DNA from: an uncultured Clostridia bacterium
Lineage (GTDB): Bacteria > Bacillota > Clostridia > TANB77 > CAG-508
DNA: 64,000 nt
Assembly: GCA_947628735.1 (NCBI GenBank)
Contig: CANRAY010000005.1
Coordinates: 7,652 to 71,651 of the forward strand
Direction: 5' to 3'
In this document: positions 8,051 through 19,597 of the stretch, one piece after another
Numbering within the stretch: the stretch's first letter is position 1
How the letters are laid out: each line of letters begins with the position of its first letter
Position numbers and translations under genes: made by a program
The notes under the pieces: generated by a model
What the model was told of the DNA's origin: nothing
Seen by the model: the letters and a program-made list of their open reading frames with translations, nothing else
Database searches by the model: none

Positions 8051-10366
8051 TTATTTAGAAAATTCTAACATTAATTTACTTGATAATATATTTAAGCTTG
8101 AGCAATCTATATTTCCATCTACTGCCATATTATATATTTCTTCTTCATATGATGAAGCATTTGAAGAAGAAATTGTATAATTGTCAATTCCATCATAAAT
8201 GCTAATTACATTTTGAATTTTAGATAATAATGTTCCTCCATCTGTAAGAGATAATTCAGCACGATTTTTTGTTAAGTTTTCTGCTTGCTTTAAAGATGAT
8301 ACTACTACTTTCATGTTTTCAATAGCAAGTTTTAAATATGTACTTTTTAAAGATGTATTACCATTATTTTGTGCTTTTTTTGCATCTTCACAAGCTTTTT
8401 GAGAAAAATCATAAGCTGACTTTATGTACCCATTTAATGTTTGAGCATCTGAGTAACTCCATTTTGAATTATCACTTTCGCCTGGTTTTGTTGGAGTGTC
8501 TGGAGGGTTATATGGATATTCGATGAATTCTATTTTGGCTGTACCTTTAGGTATTAATATATCATCATAATAAATATTTCCTAGGTAAAGACTTCCTGCA
8601 TACATATAACCTTTATCTAAAATGTTTCCATTTTCATCATAGCAGTAGAAATATTCTCCCCAACTACTTCTTCCTGTTTTTCCATATTCTACTAACTTAA
8701 ATTTGATATTCATATAATAATAACTTGAGAATGGATAACTCATATAGAATTGATAATCTAGTATTTCCATTCTATTTTCTGGAGTGCTACTTTCTCCAAT
8801 TGTATCTGGTATTATTACTTTTACATTTTCCCAATATGTTGGAACTGTTACTTTAAATTTAATGCTTTCTTTATTGTAATCGTTGGTAACAGTAACATAA
8901 GTTGTTCCTGGTTGTTCTGCTTTTATGGTTAAATCTATTACATTATTGTTCCATTCTCTAGCCCATGAACAAGTTACAATGTCTGTATTGTCAACCTTAT
9001 AATATACAGAATAATTATTTTTTGTAAATTTAATAGGAATTCTAATTTCATCTTTTAATGTTATTGATGTATTAGCAGTTGTAGTTAATACTTTTGCTTT
9101 CCATTTTGCATAAAGTGTTTTATTACCTGTACTTCCCTTCTTTATAGTAGTTACTTTATTTTTATATTTGCTATCACTATACCATCCTGCAAATGTATAG
9201 CCTGTTCTTGTTGGATTTTTTAGTGTTATATTTGAAGTGGTTATATAGTAATTACTTGGATTATTCTTATTATTTGTTCCACCATTTAATTTATATGTAA
9301 TTGTATATTTTGCTTTCTTCCATTGAGCATATAAAGTAACGGTTGCTTTATTTTTACTTGTTAAGTTTTTGACGCTTTCTTTATTTTTATATGTTTTTCC
9401 TGAACCATCTTTTTTGGTGTTCCATCCAGTAAATGTATATCCTTTTTTCTTAAAAGTATTAGCAGGCAATTTGTAGTTAGTATTATATTTTCTATTATTT
9501 TGATTAGACATTTTACCACTAGTTGCACCATTACTATTAAATTTTATTGTATATGTATTTACTGTCCACTTTGCATAAAGTGTTTTATTACCTGTGCTTC
9601 CCTTTTTTATAGTAGTTACCTTATTTTTATATTTGCTATCACTATACCAACCTGCAAATGTATAGCCTGTTCTTGTTGGATTTTTTAGTGTTATATTTGA
9701 AGTTGTTATATAATAATTACTTGGATTATTCTTATTATTTTTTCCACCATTTAATTTATATGTAATTGTATATTTTGCTTTTTTCCATTGAGCATATAAA
9801 GTAACAGTTGCTTTATTTTTACTTGTTAAGTTTTTGACGCTTTCTTTATTTTTATATGTTTTTCCTGAACCATCTTTTTTGGTGTTCCATCCAGTAAATG
9901 TATATCCTTTTTTCTTAAAAGTATTGGCAGGCAATTTGTAGTTAGTATCATATTTTCTATTGTTTTGATTAGATAGTTTACCACTAGTTGCACCATTGCC
10001 ATTAAATTTTATTGCATATGTATTTGCTGTCCATTTTGCGTAAATTGTTATTTCTCCAGAGCTTTTTTCTGATATAGTCGTTATTTTATTTTTATATGTA
10101 CTGTCACTATACCATCCTGCAAATGTATAACCTGTTCTTGTTGGATTTTTTAATGTTATAGCTGTTCCAGGTGTATAGCTTGTAGGATTCTCTTTATTAT
10201 TTGTTCCTTTATTTAATATGTAATTAATGGTATATTCAGATGTTTCTGTTATTTCTTCTGTTAAAGTTTCATTGTTTTCTGTTGCTAAAGCTATTGGTGT
10301 GATTGTTATGCACAATACAAAAATTAATAAGATAGTAAGATAAAAATTTTTTAAATTGTTTCTCAT
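8051..10366 (-). CDS. Cell-surface protein with Listeria-Bacteroides (InlB B / Flg_new) repeats
   Basis: 771 aa. Signal peptide and iterated NPTRTGYTFAGWYSD...LYAKW and KKGYTFTGWNTKKDGSG...LYAQW modules. Confidence 0.8.
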   Translation of the reverse strand: MRNNLKNFYLTILLIFVLCITITPIALATENNETLTEEITETSEYTINYILNKGTNNKENPTSYTPGTAITLKNPTRTGYTFAGWYSDSTYKNKITTISEKSSGEITIYAKWTANTYAIKFNGNGATSGKLSNQNNRKYDTNYKLPANTFKKKGYTFTGWNTKKDGSGKTYKNKESVKNLTSKNKATVTLYAQWKKAKYTITYKLNGGKNNKNNPSNYYITTSNITLKNPTRTGYTFAGWYSDSKYKNKVTTIKKGSTGNKTLYAKWTVNTYTIKFNSNGATSGKMSNQNNRKYNTNYKLPANTFKKKGYTFTGWNTKKDGSGKTYKNKESVKNLTSKNKATVTLYAQWKKAKYTITYKLNGGTNNKNNPSNYYITTSNITLKNPTRTGYTFAGWYSDSKYKNKVTTIKKGSTGNKTLYAKWKAKVLTTTANTSITLKDEIRIPIKFTKNNYSVYYKVDNTDIVTCSWAREWNNNVIDLTIKAEQPGTTYVTVTNDYNKESIKFKVTVPTYWENVKVIIPDTIGESSTPENRMEILDYQFYMSYPFSSYYYMNIKFKLVEYGKTGRSSWGEYFYCYDENGNILDKGYMYAGSLYLGNIYYDDILIPKGTAKIEFIEYPYNPPDTPTKPGESDNSKWSYSDAQTLNGYIKSAYDFSQKACEDAKKAQNNGNTSLKSTYLKLAIENMKVVVSSLKQAENLTKNRAELSLTDGGTLLSKIQNVISIYDGIDNYTISSSNASSYEEEIYNMAVDGNIDCSSLNILSSKLMLEFSK
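9094..10240 (-). repeat. Intragenic tandem repeat, 465-bp (155-aa) unit, about 2.5 copies
   Basis: The string tattacctgt.cttccc recurs at 9121 and 9586, exactly 465 nt apart. Two copies are near-identical and a third is more diverged. Confidence 0.9.
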
Positions 10367-10395
10367 ATAAGATTATCCCCTTTCACAAAAATATA

Positions 10396-11562
10396 TTATT
10401 TTAAAATTTCTTCTGCTAATTCATTTAACTTTTCTGTATCATTATTTTTAAGTGTTGATTTAATTGTAACAACAGGATCTATTATTTCAATGTTTTTCAT
10501 TGTTGATAATACATCTTTCATACATTTGCCAGAATTCGGAGCCCATGTACCGTTTTCAATTAATCCTATTTTTCGATTTTGATAATTCTTTTCTTTTAGA
10601 TCAAATAGTAAATTTCTCATAGGTGAAAACATTTCCATATTATATGTAGATGATGCTAATATTACCTTACCATATCTAAATGAATCTTCTACCGCTTCTG
10701 CTATATCTTCATTGGATAAATCAGCAAGTACAACTTTAGGTGCTCCCTTTTCTTCTAATATCTCTTTTAGTTTTGTACAAGCATTAAAAGTATTTCCGTG
10801 TATTGAAGCACAAGCTATATATATTCCATCACTTTCTGGTTCATATTTACTCCAAATATCATATTTCTCAATATAACGTGATAGATTTTCTTTTAATATT
10901 GGTCCATGTAATGGGCATATTGTTTGTATATCTAAAGTACTTGCTTTTTTTAATAAGTTTTGTACTTGTACCCCATATTTTCCTACTATATTAAAGTAAT
11001 ATTTTCTTGCTTCACAATCCCAATCTTCGTCAGTATCTAATGTACCGAATTTTCCAAATCCATCTGCTGAAAATAATACTTTTTCGTTTTCTTCATATTC
11101 CATCATAACTTCAGGCCAATGAATCATTGGTGCCATAATAAAATGTAATTTATGCTTTCCTAAATCTAAAACATCATTTTCTTTTACTTCTATTTTTCTT
11201 TCATTTAAGTCTGGAATATCAAAAAATTGTGGTAGAAAAGCAAATGTTTTATTATTTCCAACAAGTTTTATATTAGGATATTTATTTATAAGTGTTTTTA
11301 TGTTATATGCATGATCTGGTTCTAAGTGTGAAATAATTAAGTAATTTGGTGATCTTCCATTTAAGACATGATGTAAGTTTTCTAACCATTCATCTGTTTT
11401 TCTTTTATCTATTGTTTCTAAAATGGCAATTTGATCATCAATAATAACATAAGAATTATATGAAACTCCATTTGGCACATGATATTGATTTTCAAATAAT
11501 TCAATATCTTTATCGTCTGCTCCTATATATTTTATATCATTTGTAATTGTTATATCTTTCAT
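10396..11562 (-). CDS. FprA-type flavo-diiron protein (metallo-beta-lactamase fold + flavodoxin domain)
   Basis: 388 aa. SHLEPDHAYN metal motif and a C-terminal flavodoxin-like IYIACASIHGNT. Confidence 0.8.
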   Translation of the reverse strand: MKDITITNDIKYIGADDKDIELFENQYHVPNGVSYNSYVIIDDQIAILETIDKRKTDEWLENLHHVLNGRSPNYLIISHLEPDHAYNIKTLINKYPNIKLVGNNKTFAFLPQFFDIPDLNERKIEVKENDVLDLGKHKLHFIMAPMIHWPEVMMEYEENEKVLFSADGFGKFGTLDTDEDWDCEARKYYFNIVGKYGVQVQNLLKKASTLDIQTICPLHGPILKENLSRYIEKYDIWSKYEPESDGIYIACASIHGNTFNACTKLKEILEEKGAPKVVLADLSNEDIAEAVEDSFRYGKVILASSTYNMEMFSPMRNLLFDLKEKNYQNRKIGLIENGTWAPNSGKCMKDVLSTMKNIEIIDPVVTIKSTLKNNDTEKLNELAEEILK

Positions 11563-11617
11563 TTTTCTCTCCTTTAATTTTTTACTAATTATATATCACA
11601 TGTTAAAAATAATCAAT

Positions 11618-11664
11618 AAAAACGAACCTCTATAGTTAAAATTTTAACAATTGAGGTTCATTTT
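11618..11664 (-). terminator. Intrinsic terminator after the 1027-aa gene
   Basis: gaacctc/gaggttc stem with an inner gttaaaattttaac palindrome. T-run on the minus strand. Confidence 0.55.
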
Positions 11665-11685
11665 ATTATTTCTTTTTCACTTGCT

Positions 11686-14600
11686 TTATTTTATTGTAAT
11701 TTCTTTTATTAATACTAGTTTTAAACATGCTATATCGTTAACTGTAACTCTATTGTCATCATCTATATTAGCTGCTTCTAAAACAATTCCTTCTAAATTT
11801 TCCTTTTGAATGAAATGTAATTTTATTAATGATAAATCATTAACAGTAGTTTTTCCATCTTTATCCATATCTCCAGTAACGCATAAAGTATATTCTTGAT
11901 TTTCTCCTGTTTGAATTGTAGTGCCTGTTGTTAGTATATCTGTATCTTGTAAAATTTCTCCATCTGGATTTTTTATAGTAATTTCTTGTCCTGCTTTAAT
12001 ATTTCCTCTGAAGTCGTTGACTGTTGTTTGTGGAGGTATTTTTGAGATGACTGTTTCTTCTATTTTATATTTCTCGGAAGAAATTTCAAAATTAGTAGCT
12101 AATATTTGGCATGCAGTACTTGTAACTTCTTTTGTATCATCTTCTAAGGTAGATGTGATTGTTAATGTGTAATTTCCTTCATCTTCTAGTTTCATAGCCT
12201 CTAAAACTAATGTAGGATCTTTTTGATCATTTAATTTTTTTCCATCTTTATACCATTGATATTTATCAATACCATCTGATTCTTCAATTGTAGGACTTAT
12301 TGTTACTTTTTCTCCTATATTTGCAACCATTTTTTGAGGCATTTCTATAATTTTTGCTTCTTTAAAATCGTTACTTCCATCGTCAGTAATAAATCTTAAA
12401 TTACAAATTCCTGCATGATTATTTCCTGCTCCTACAGCCTTAGATTCTATTTTTATTATTGTGCTTCCTTCTGGTATTTGTAATGCAATACTTTCATATT
12501 TAGTTTGCCAACCTAAAGCGGCTCCTTCATATATTATTTGATCGTCTGCATGTACAATGACCTGAACTTTTCCATTCATTCCATATTGTGTATTCTCTCT
12601 GACACTATTTTTTATACCATAATCAAATTCTAAGTATTTGTATCCTTTATCGGTTATGTCGAAAGTTATACTAGCATTTTCTTTTGCTTCTATTGCATTT
12701 GTATAGTATCTTTCATTTTCTCCTGTCCATAGTCCTAATGAGTCAACTTTATTAACTGTTCCTGTAATTTCTGCATCATCTATTACTGGCTCTATTTCAG
12801 TACCATTGGTTACTCTTAATACAAGAGATGCTGAATTTGTTTTACCATTATCTTCAATTAAATAGTTTACGTGATAAAATCCTGCTTTTAAATTAGTTCC
12901 ATCTCCTGAAGTTGGAAAGTCTTTTATATCAGTTTTAACGACTTCTTGTTCTTTAGTTATTCTATCAACTTTTACAGAGATATTTTCCTTTGGAAATTCG
13001 TCATTAAAAATACTTCCGTAATCTACAATATAGTCTAATAAATTATATTCTCTATTTTTTGGAATAAATACATCTGGTGCACTTACTGTTACCCATACAG
13101 ATGGATAGTTAAGTAATTTTCTTGGATATTGTTCTGTTCCAAAAACAAACCATTTATAATGTCTTGCTTTGTAATTTCCACCAACTGATAAATTACCTTC
13201 TCCATCTACACCAGGTGCTAAGAATTCACCTGATAAAAGATCTGTTTTAAACCAGTAATCATATTCATAAGTTTTTGTAAATGACCACGCATGCGGAGCA
13301 CTACGTCCCCATACACTTTTAGTTCCAAGTCTTTGAGATAGGTATATATATCCACGTGCATTTCCACCACAAACTGCTCTACCATTACCTAGAGAATTAC
13401 TAAGTAGTTGACCTCCATCAGCATATACTAACCATGATTTATATTTATCTGCAACGACTTTTAAACGTTGTACTTCAGTCATATCATCTTTTTTTACAGA
13501 TAACATATCTACTGTATTAGCTTCTATTTTTGCAAGCCACTCATCTTGTATTTCACCATCTTTATTTACCCAAACTGTAACATGACTTACAAGTCCATCT
13601 TTTTCAGTTATTCCAGTTCCCCAATCTTTCATAACAAATGTACGTGGTTCATCATCCATAAGCATAGGGATTAATGATGTTAATTCTGATTTTTTTACAT
13701 ATATTCCTTTATCTTGTAAATCAATGTCTACTTGATATACTTCTTCTCCATATCTTGTTATTTTAGTCCATTTACTTGGATCAAAATCTAATACTTCGTT
13801 TAATACAATATCCCATGCCTTTTTTCCTTGTGTACTTAGTGTGCCTCTTCCATGGTAAAGGTATGATGCCCATGGTTTCTTTAATCTTTCAATTGATAAT
13901 TCTTTTGAATAGTCTTCGCCTGTAACTGTCATATTTACAAGGCGTTTATGAGTGTTACCGCTTTCATCTGACACTGAATATAAAACTTTAAAATTTCCAG
14001 ATTTTTCACCATCATAATTAGTTTTATATGTAATATTTTTTGTAATATCATTTCCATCTTTATCTTTTGCAACTGCATATTCTAGGATGTTAGATGATGT
14101 TACTTGTTCTGCTAAATTAAATTCTAAGTCATCAACAGCTAAGTATGGTGTTTCTGCTTCTTTATAAAATGCTGCATTTCCCCAGGTTGCATGTGGATTA
14201 GAACCACTTATAGTAGTAACTACTATTTTTAAAACCTGTACATCTTTAAGTGGCACTAAAATATTTTTTGCTTCATCTGTAGAAGACATTTCTTCACTTG
14301 AATAGACTTCCTTATCGTCTGCATATACTTTAAATTCAACAGAAGAATTGCTTTGTCTTCCTGTTTTGTTTATTCCAACATCTGCTGAAAAGAATCTATA
14401 TCCTTGTTCTTGGATATCTGTATATATTAAATATGCTTGAGTTGAAGGTATTGTTATAATACCTTTATCATATTCTTTTTCTTCTCCATCTTTTAATAAA
14501 GCAAATTTATTTCCATTACTATCTACATCTGTAAAATAACGAGAATAGTTATTACCTTGTGGAGTAATGTCTGATAAATATACTTTATTTTCCATATTAG

Positions 14601-14769
14601 AAAATTCATAAGTTTCTTCTTTTAACTCTATATCTTGTTCAGTTATTTCGCTTGTTGAGCTTACTTCATTATTGCTGGCCATACTAGTGGCGTATGTTGT
14701 TACATGTGTTCCAATTATAGTTGTAAGTATTAAAAGTATCATTAAACTTTTCTTTAAATTTTTCATCAT
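11686..14769 (-). CDS. Large secreted multidomain protein: 2x NPCBM-like, transglutaminase-like Cys-His core, Ig-like domain, C-terminal dockerin-like module
   Basis: 1027 aa. Signal peptide; VYLSD...VGINK...HATWGNAAF (NPCBM-like, twice); AVCGGNARGY...APHAWSF; KYQWYKDGKKL...EGNYTLT; two Ca-loop repeats DKDGKTTVND and DDDNRVTVND. Confidence 0.65.
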   Translation of the reverse strand: MMKNLKKSLMILLILTTIIGTHVTTYATSMASNNEVSSTSEITEQDIELKEETYEFSNMENKVYLSDITPQGNNYSRYFTDVDSNGNKFALLKDGEEKEYDKGIITIPSTQAYLIYTDIQEQGYRFFSADVGINKTGRQSNSSVEFKVYADDKEVYSSEEMSSTDEAKNILVPLKDVQVLKIVVTTISGSNPHATWGNAAFYKEAETPYLAVDDLEFNLAEQVTSSNILEYAVAKDKDGNDITKNITYKTNYDGEKSGNFKVLYSVSDESGNTHKRLVNMTVTGEDYSKELSIERLKKPWASYLYHGRGTLSTQGKKAWDIVLNEVLDFDPSKWTKITRYGEEVYQVDIDLQDKGIYVKKSELTSLIPMLMDDEPRTFVMKDWGTGITEKDGLVSHVTVWVNKDGEIQDEWLAKIEANTVDMLSVKKDDMTEVQRLKVVADKYKSWLVYADGGQLLSNSLGNGRAVCGGNARGYIYLSQRLGTKSVWGRSAPHAWSFTKTYEYDYWFKTDLLSGEFLAPGVDGEGNLSVGGNYKARHYKWFVFGTEQYPRKLLNYPSVWVTVSAPDVFIPKNREYNLLDYIVDYGSIFNDEFPKENISVKVDRITKEQEVVKTDIKDFPTSGDGTNLKAGFYHVNYLIEDNGKTNSASLVLRVTNGTEIEPVIDDAEITGTVNKVDSLGLWTGENERYYTNAIEAKENASITFDITDKGYKYLEFDYGIKNSVRENTQYGMNGKVQVIVHADDQIIYEGAALGWQTKYESIALQIPEGSTIIKIESKAVGAGNNHAGICNLRFITDDGSNDFKEAKIIEMPQKMVANIGEKVTISPTIEESDGIDKYQWYKDGKKLNDQKDPTLVLEAMKLEDEGNYTLTITSTLEDDTKEVTSTACQILATNFEISSEKYKIEETVISKIPPQTTVNDFRGNIKAGQEITIKNPDGEILQDTDILTTGTTIQTGENQEYTLCVTGDMDKDGKTTVNDLSLIKLHFIQKENLEGIVLEAANIDDDNRVTVNDIACLKLVLIKEITIK

Positions 14770-14879
14770 CTCTTTTCTCTCCTTTATCTGATAATATTTA
14801 TCATAATCTTATGAACTTACTACAATTAGCCAATTCCATATTACCATATCACCTATATTTTGTCAATTTTATTTTTAAA

Positions 14880-15977
14880 TTATTTATCAAATATACTGTC
14901 TAATTTTTCTAGTAAAATATTTAATTTACATATTTTAAATAAAAATATTCTAATTTTGTCTATAATTATTGAAGCAAGTAGAAATAATATAGAAAAAGAA
15001 AATACATATATAAATATTTTTATTAGTGATTGGTCATATAAATTTGCAAATATTCCTTTTATTACATGATCAAAAACAAATTTATTAGTATTTAACAAAT
15101 ATACTGCAAATGCAGATGGCGCTAAAAATTTAATTATTTTTGTTCCTAAAGTTTTAATTTCTAATCTTGAGAACAATATTACATGAAAAATAGAAACTAG
15201 TAATATTGTAGGTGAAATATATGAAACAAATAAATTTTTATTTATTGACATATCAAATATAGAAAATTCAAAACCATACATTTTATATATAAATGTAATA
15301 CCATACAATAATAATATGCTAAGTATTATTGTATGTGTTTTCATATTTTTTCCAATTTTACATTTCTTTATTATAGATCCTAAAATAAAGCAAAGTGTTA
15401 TCCAAATAAAAGAATATCCATTATTAAGCTCAAACTCTCCTGAAATACTACTCAAAAATGAAAAAACTATAATAATTGCGAAGAAAATTCTTTTAAGTAG
15501 TATATCGTTACAATTTCTAATTCCACTATTTATAATTGGCATGATTATAAATAATCCTGTATAAGCGGTAAAATACCAATATAATCTATGGGTAACGGGT
15601 AAAAAAGCAATTACATAATCTTTGGAACTTACTGAGTTAGGCATAATAATATTAAAAATTATAGTTAATAATAAATCATAAAAAACTACTTGTAACCATA
15701 AATTTATATAATTTGATATTTTAAATTTATTTTCTTTCTCATTATATAAAACATATCCACTAATTATTGCAAAAATATTAACTGCACCATATGCACATAT
15801 TTCTATTAGCCAAACAAAATGGTATTGGGGCGAATTTACTATAGAACTTTCAAGTAATCCTCCTTGTCCCAGTGAATGCAATAATACAATATATAGCATT
15901 GCTACTATTCTAAGTAAATCTATTCCATAATTTCTTTCTTTTTTTATTTCTAAGTTATCTTTTGCAGTTTCCTCCAT
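14880..15977 (-). CDS. Acyltransferase family 3 membrane protein (O-acyltransferase)
   Basis: 365 aa. About 10 TM helices and N-terminal NYGIDLLRIVAMLYIVLLH. Confidence 0.75.
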   Translation of the reverse strand: MEETAKDNLEIKKERNYGIDLLRIVAMLYIVLLHSLGQGGLLESSIVNSPQYHFVWLIEICAYGAVNIFAIISGYVLYNEKENKFKISNYINLWLQVVFYDLLLTIIFNIIMPNSVSSKDYVIAFLPVTHRLYWYFTAYTGLFIIMPIINSGIRNCNDILLKRIFFAIIIVFSFLSSISGEFELNNGYSFIWITLCFILGSIIKKCKIGKNMKTHTIILSILLLYGITFIYKMYGFEFSIFDMSINKNLFVSYISPTILLVSIFHVILFSRLEIKTLGTKIIKFLAPSAFAVYLLNTNKFVFDHVIKGIFANLYDQSLIKIFIYVFSFSILFLLASIIIDKIRIFLFKICKLNILLEKLDSIFDK

Positions 15978-16052
15978 AAAAACTTTATAATTCTCCTTTC
16001 AAATCATGAAGTAATTATACTTATTATATTTATAAAATACAATATTGGTAAA

Positions 16053-16088
16053 TAAAAAAAACAAACTAACATTTAATATGTTAGTTTG
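16053..16088 (-). terminator. Intrinsic terminator after secA
   Basis: 11-bp stem caaactaacat/atgttagtttg, 5-nt loop, T8 tract on the minus strand. Confidence 0.8.
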
Positions 16089-16099
16089 TAGTTATAATA

Positions 16100-18838
16100 T
16101 TATTTATTTTGACCACAGCAGTTCTTATATTTCTTTCCACTTCCACAAGGACAAGGATCATTTCTTCCTACTTGTGGTTCTTTATTTACATATGGTGTAT
16201 TTACTGGAGCTGAAGACTTAGGTGGTGTTGATCCATCTAAATTTACATTTTCTTTTCCAGCTAATGTAATTTTTACGGCTTCTCTTCTAACTGGTGCATT
16301 CTCTCTTTTTCTAGCATTCATTAAAAGTTTTACAACATTTAATTTTATATCTGCTACCATTTGGTCGAACATATCAAAGCCCTCAATTCTGTATTGTACA
16401 ACAGGATCTTTTTGAGCATATGCACGAAGTCCTATTCCGTCTTTTAATTCATCCATTGCATCGATATGATCCATCCATCTTTCGTCTACAATTTTAAGCA
16501 TAACTACTCTTTCAAGTTCTCTTAAAACTTCTTCACCAAATTCTTCTTCTTTTTTAGAATATATAGCATTTGCTTTTTCTTGTAATTCTTCAATTACTTT
16601 GTTTGGTTTTCCACTTTCTAAAGATTCAAGTTCTGAAATACCGTAGACAGAAGCTGTTTCTGTAAGTAGTCCTTCTTTATTTATTCCTTCATCTGATGTG
16701 TAAGATTGAACTAATTCTTCTGCTAAACTATTTATCATATTATGAATGTTTTCTTTTAAGTTTTCTCCATCTAATACTTGTCTTCTTTGTGAGTAAATGA
16801 TACCTCTTTGAGTGTTCATAACATCATCATATTGTAGGACATTTTTTCTAATACTAAAGTTTCTTCCTTCTACCCTCTTTTGAGCATTTTCAACAGCATT
16901 TGAAATCATTTTTGATTCAATTGGCATATCTTCATCTGCACCTAAGGTGTTATATATTTTAGTAATCATATCTCCACCAAAGATTTTCATTAGATCATCA
17001 TCTAAGCCTATATAAAATCTTGATTGTCCTGGATCTCCTTGACGACCACTACGTCCTCTTAACTGATTGTCAATTCTTCTTGATTCATGTCTTTCTGTAC
17101 CAATAATCTTTAATCCGCCTACTTCAAGTACTTTTTTCTTTTCTTCTTGTATTTCTTGATCATATTTTGCTTTTAATTCTTTAAATTTATTTCTAGCATT
17201 AAGTACATCTTGATCATCAGTTTCATTAAATGCAGTTGATTGTTCTACTTGTTCATCTGAATAACCAAGTTTTTTCATTTCTTCTTTTGCTAAAAATTCG
17301 CTATTTCCTCCAAGCATAATATCGGTACCACGACCTGCCATGTTTGTGGCAATTGTTACAGCACCAAATTTACCTGCTTGTGCAACAATTTCAGCTTCTT
17401 TTTCATGGAATTTAGCATTTAATACAGTATGCTTAATTCCTTCTTTTGATAGTAATTTACTTAATTTTTCAGATTTTTCAATAGAAACTGTACCTACTAG
17501 TACTGGTTGACCTATTTTGTTGCTTTCTTTTATGTCTTTTATAACAGCTCTAAATTTAGCATCTTCATTTTTATATATAATATCTGAATTATCTTTTCTG
17601 ATCATAGGTTTATTTGTTGGAATTTCAATAACATCTAATTTATATATTTCCTCAAATTCTGCTTCTTCTGTCATAGCAGTTCCTGTCATACCAGATAATT
17701 TGTCATACATTCTGAAATAATTTTGGAATGTAATTGTTGCTAATGTTTTTGATTCATCTGCAATTTTAACATGTTCTTTTGCTTCGATTGCTTGGTGAAG
17801 ACCATTGTTGTATCTTCTTCCATACATAATTCTTCCTGTAAACTCATCTACAATTAAAACTTCTCCATCTTTTACGATATAGTCTATATCTTTTTTCATG
17901 ATTCCATGAGCTCTTAATGCTTGGTTTACATTATGAACTAATTCTGAGTTTTCTATATCATTGAAATTTTCAAGTCCAAATTCTTGCTCAGCTTTTTTGA
18001 TACCTTTTTGTGTTAATGATGCAGATTTTGCTTTTAAGTCAACAATATAATCATATTTTTCATTGTCTTCTGCTTGTTCAAAATCTTTTACATCTTCCTC
18101 AATAATTACTTTTGGTGTTAATCTTCGTACAAAGTTGTCAGCTTTTTTATATAAATCTGAAGATTGAGAACCTCTACCAGAAATGATTAATGGTGTACGA
18201 GCTTCATCAATTAAAATACTATCTATCTCATCAACAATTGCATAATTAAGACCACGTTGTACTAATTGATCTTTATAAATAACCATATTATCACGCAAAT
18301 AATCAAATCCAAATTCATTATTAGTACCATAAGTGATATCACAAGCATATGCTTTTCTTTTTTCATCTGGTTCCATTCCAGCTATAGATAGTCCAACAGT
18401 TAAACCTAAGAAACGATATACTTTTCCCATCCATTCACTATCTCTTTTTGCTAAGTAGTCATTAACGGTAATAACATGTACACCTTTTCCAGTTAAAGCA
18501 TTTAAATATACAGGAGCTGTAGCTACTAATGTTTTTCCTTCTCCAGTTCTCATTTCAGCGATTCTACCTTGATGTAGTATAATACCACCAATTAACTGAA
18601 CATCAAAATGTCTCATTCCTAATACTCTTTTAGAGGCTTCTCTGACAACAGCAAAAGCTTCTGGTAATATATCATCTAAAGTACTTCCTTTAGATAATCT
18701 TTCTTTAAATTCATCTGTTTTGCCTCTTAATTCAGCATCTGATAATTTTTGAATTTCAGGTTCTAAATCATTAATTTTCTTGATTAGTGGCATAACTCTT
18801 TTTACTTCTTTTTCACTATATGTTTTAAATAAACCCAT
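16100..18838 (-). CDS. secA: Preprotein translocase ATPase SecA
   Basis: Full-length SecA motifs ([28 protein letters not shown]-like, C-terminal zinc finger [14 protein letters not shown]). Start placed at ATG 18838 after GGAAGGAAAG. The ORF-track start at 18862 is an upstream TTG. Confidence 0.95.
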   Translation of the reverse strand: MGLFKTYSEKEVKRVMPLIKKINDLEPEIQKLSDAELRGKTDEFKERLSKGSTLDDILPEAFAVVREASKRVLGMRHFDVQLIGGIILHQGRIAEMRTGEGKTLVATAPVYLNALTGKGVHVITVNDYLAKRDSEWMGKVYRFLGLTVGLSIAGMEPDEKRKAYACDITYGTNNEFGFDYLRDNMVIYKDQLVQRGLNYAIVDEIDSILIDEARTPLIISGRGSQSSDLYKKADNFVRRLTPKVIIEEDVKDFEQAEDNEKYDYIVDLKAKSASLTQKGIKKAEQEFGLENFNDIENSELVHNVNQALRAHGIMKKDIDYIVKDGEVLIVDEFTGRIMYGRRYNNGLHQAIEAKEHVKIADESKTLATITFQNYFRMYDKLSGMTGTAMTEEAEFEEIYKLDVIEIPTNKPMIRKDNSDIIYKNEDAKFRAVIKDIKESNKIGQPVLVGTVSIEKSEKLSKLLSKEGIKHTVLNAKFHEKEAEIVAQAGKFGAVTIATNMAGRGTDIMLGGNSEFLAKEEMKKLGYSDEQVEQSTAFNETDDQDVLNARNKFKELKAKYDQEIQEEKKKVLEVGGLKIIGTERHESRRIDNQLRGRSGRQGDPGQSRFYIGLDDDLMKIFGGDMITKIYNTLGADEDMPIESKMISNAVENAQKRVEGRNFSIRKNVLQYDDVMNTQRGIIYSQRRQVLDGENLKENIHNMINSLAEELVQSYTSDEGINKEGLLTETASVYGISELESLESGKPNKVIEELQEKANAIYSKKEEEFGEEVLRELERVVMLKIVDERWMDHIDAMDELKDGIGLRAYAQKDPVVQYRIEGFDMFDQMVADIKLNVVKLLMNARKRENAPVRREAVKITLAGKENVNLDGSTPPKSSAPVNTPYVNKEPQVGRNDPCPCGSGKKYKNCCGQNK

Positions 18839-18969
18839 GTTTTTCTTTCCTTCCTTTTGCAATAAAATCGTACATTATACACTATATCATTTTTTTTATA
18901 AAACTGCAAGTAAAATAAAGAAAAGCACTTCTATATTTTATAGAAATGCTTCTTTTTTTAGTTTAATTC

Positions 18970-19443
18970 TTATTTTATGATAATTTTTTCTATATATTGT
19001 GTAGTTGAATTATATTCAAAGCTGATTGTATAAGTATTATTTAAAGATATTAAACTTCTTATATTTGATACATCTTCTGTATATGTTTTATCATTGTATT
19101 CCATAGAAATCTGATGTGTAGAAGCGGCATTACTATCACGAACAGCATTTATTAATAATCTAACCATTGTTCCGCTTTGTGCTCCCTGATATTTTATGAA
19201 ATTATTATTAAACTTTTCTACATCATTTTCGCCGATTCCCATATTTAAAAATTCATCAGTTTTATCGGTTACTCCACTAGTTGTAAAAGTATTTGCTTCT
19301 AAAACTGTTCCTCCGTTTTGAACTGCTTCTTGTGTTGCCATTTCTGTTTCAGCATTTAAATCCATATACCTTCTAAATCCTAGAATACCTCCAGCTACTA
19401 TTATTACTAATATTAATAAAATAATTAATCCCCTATCTGCCAT
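18970..19443 (-). CDS. Hypothetical membrane-anchored protein
   Basis: 157 aa. Single N-terminal TM. No recognisable motif. Confidence 0.5.
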   Translation of the reverse strand: MADRGLIILLILVIIVAGGILGFRRYMDLNAETEMATQEAVQNGGTVLEANTFTTSGVTDKTDEFLNMGIGENDVEKFNNNFIKYQGAQSGTMVRLLINAVRDSNAASTHQISMEYNDKTYTEDVSNIRSLISLNNTYTISFEYNSTTQYIEKIIIK

Positions 19444-19597
19444 GGTAATTTCCTCCTTTGTATTACAACTAATTCATATATTTATATTATAAGCTATTTT
19501 TTCCCTTTTTTCAATTATTTTTTGAAATATAGTAATTTATTTTTTATATGCACATAAATATTAATATAATGATTTATAAAAATAAAGAGGTTTTATT

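Noticed and set aside
9094-10240. Repeat array as a possible CRISPR or mobile repeat
   Set aside because: The unit is 465 bp, in frame and coding (155-aa protein repeat), with no spacer structure.
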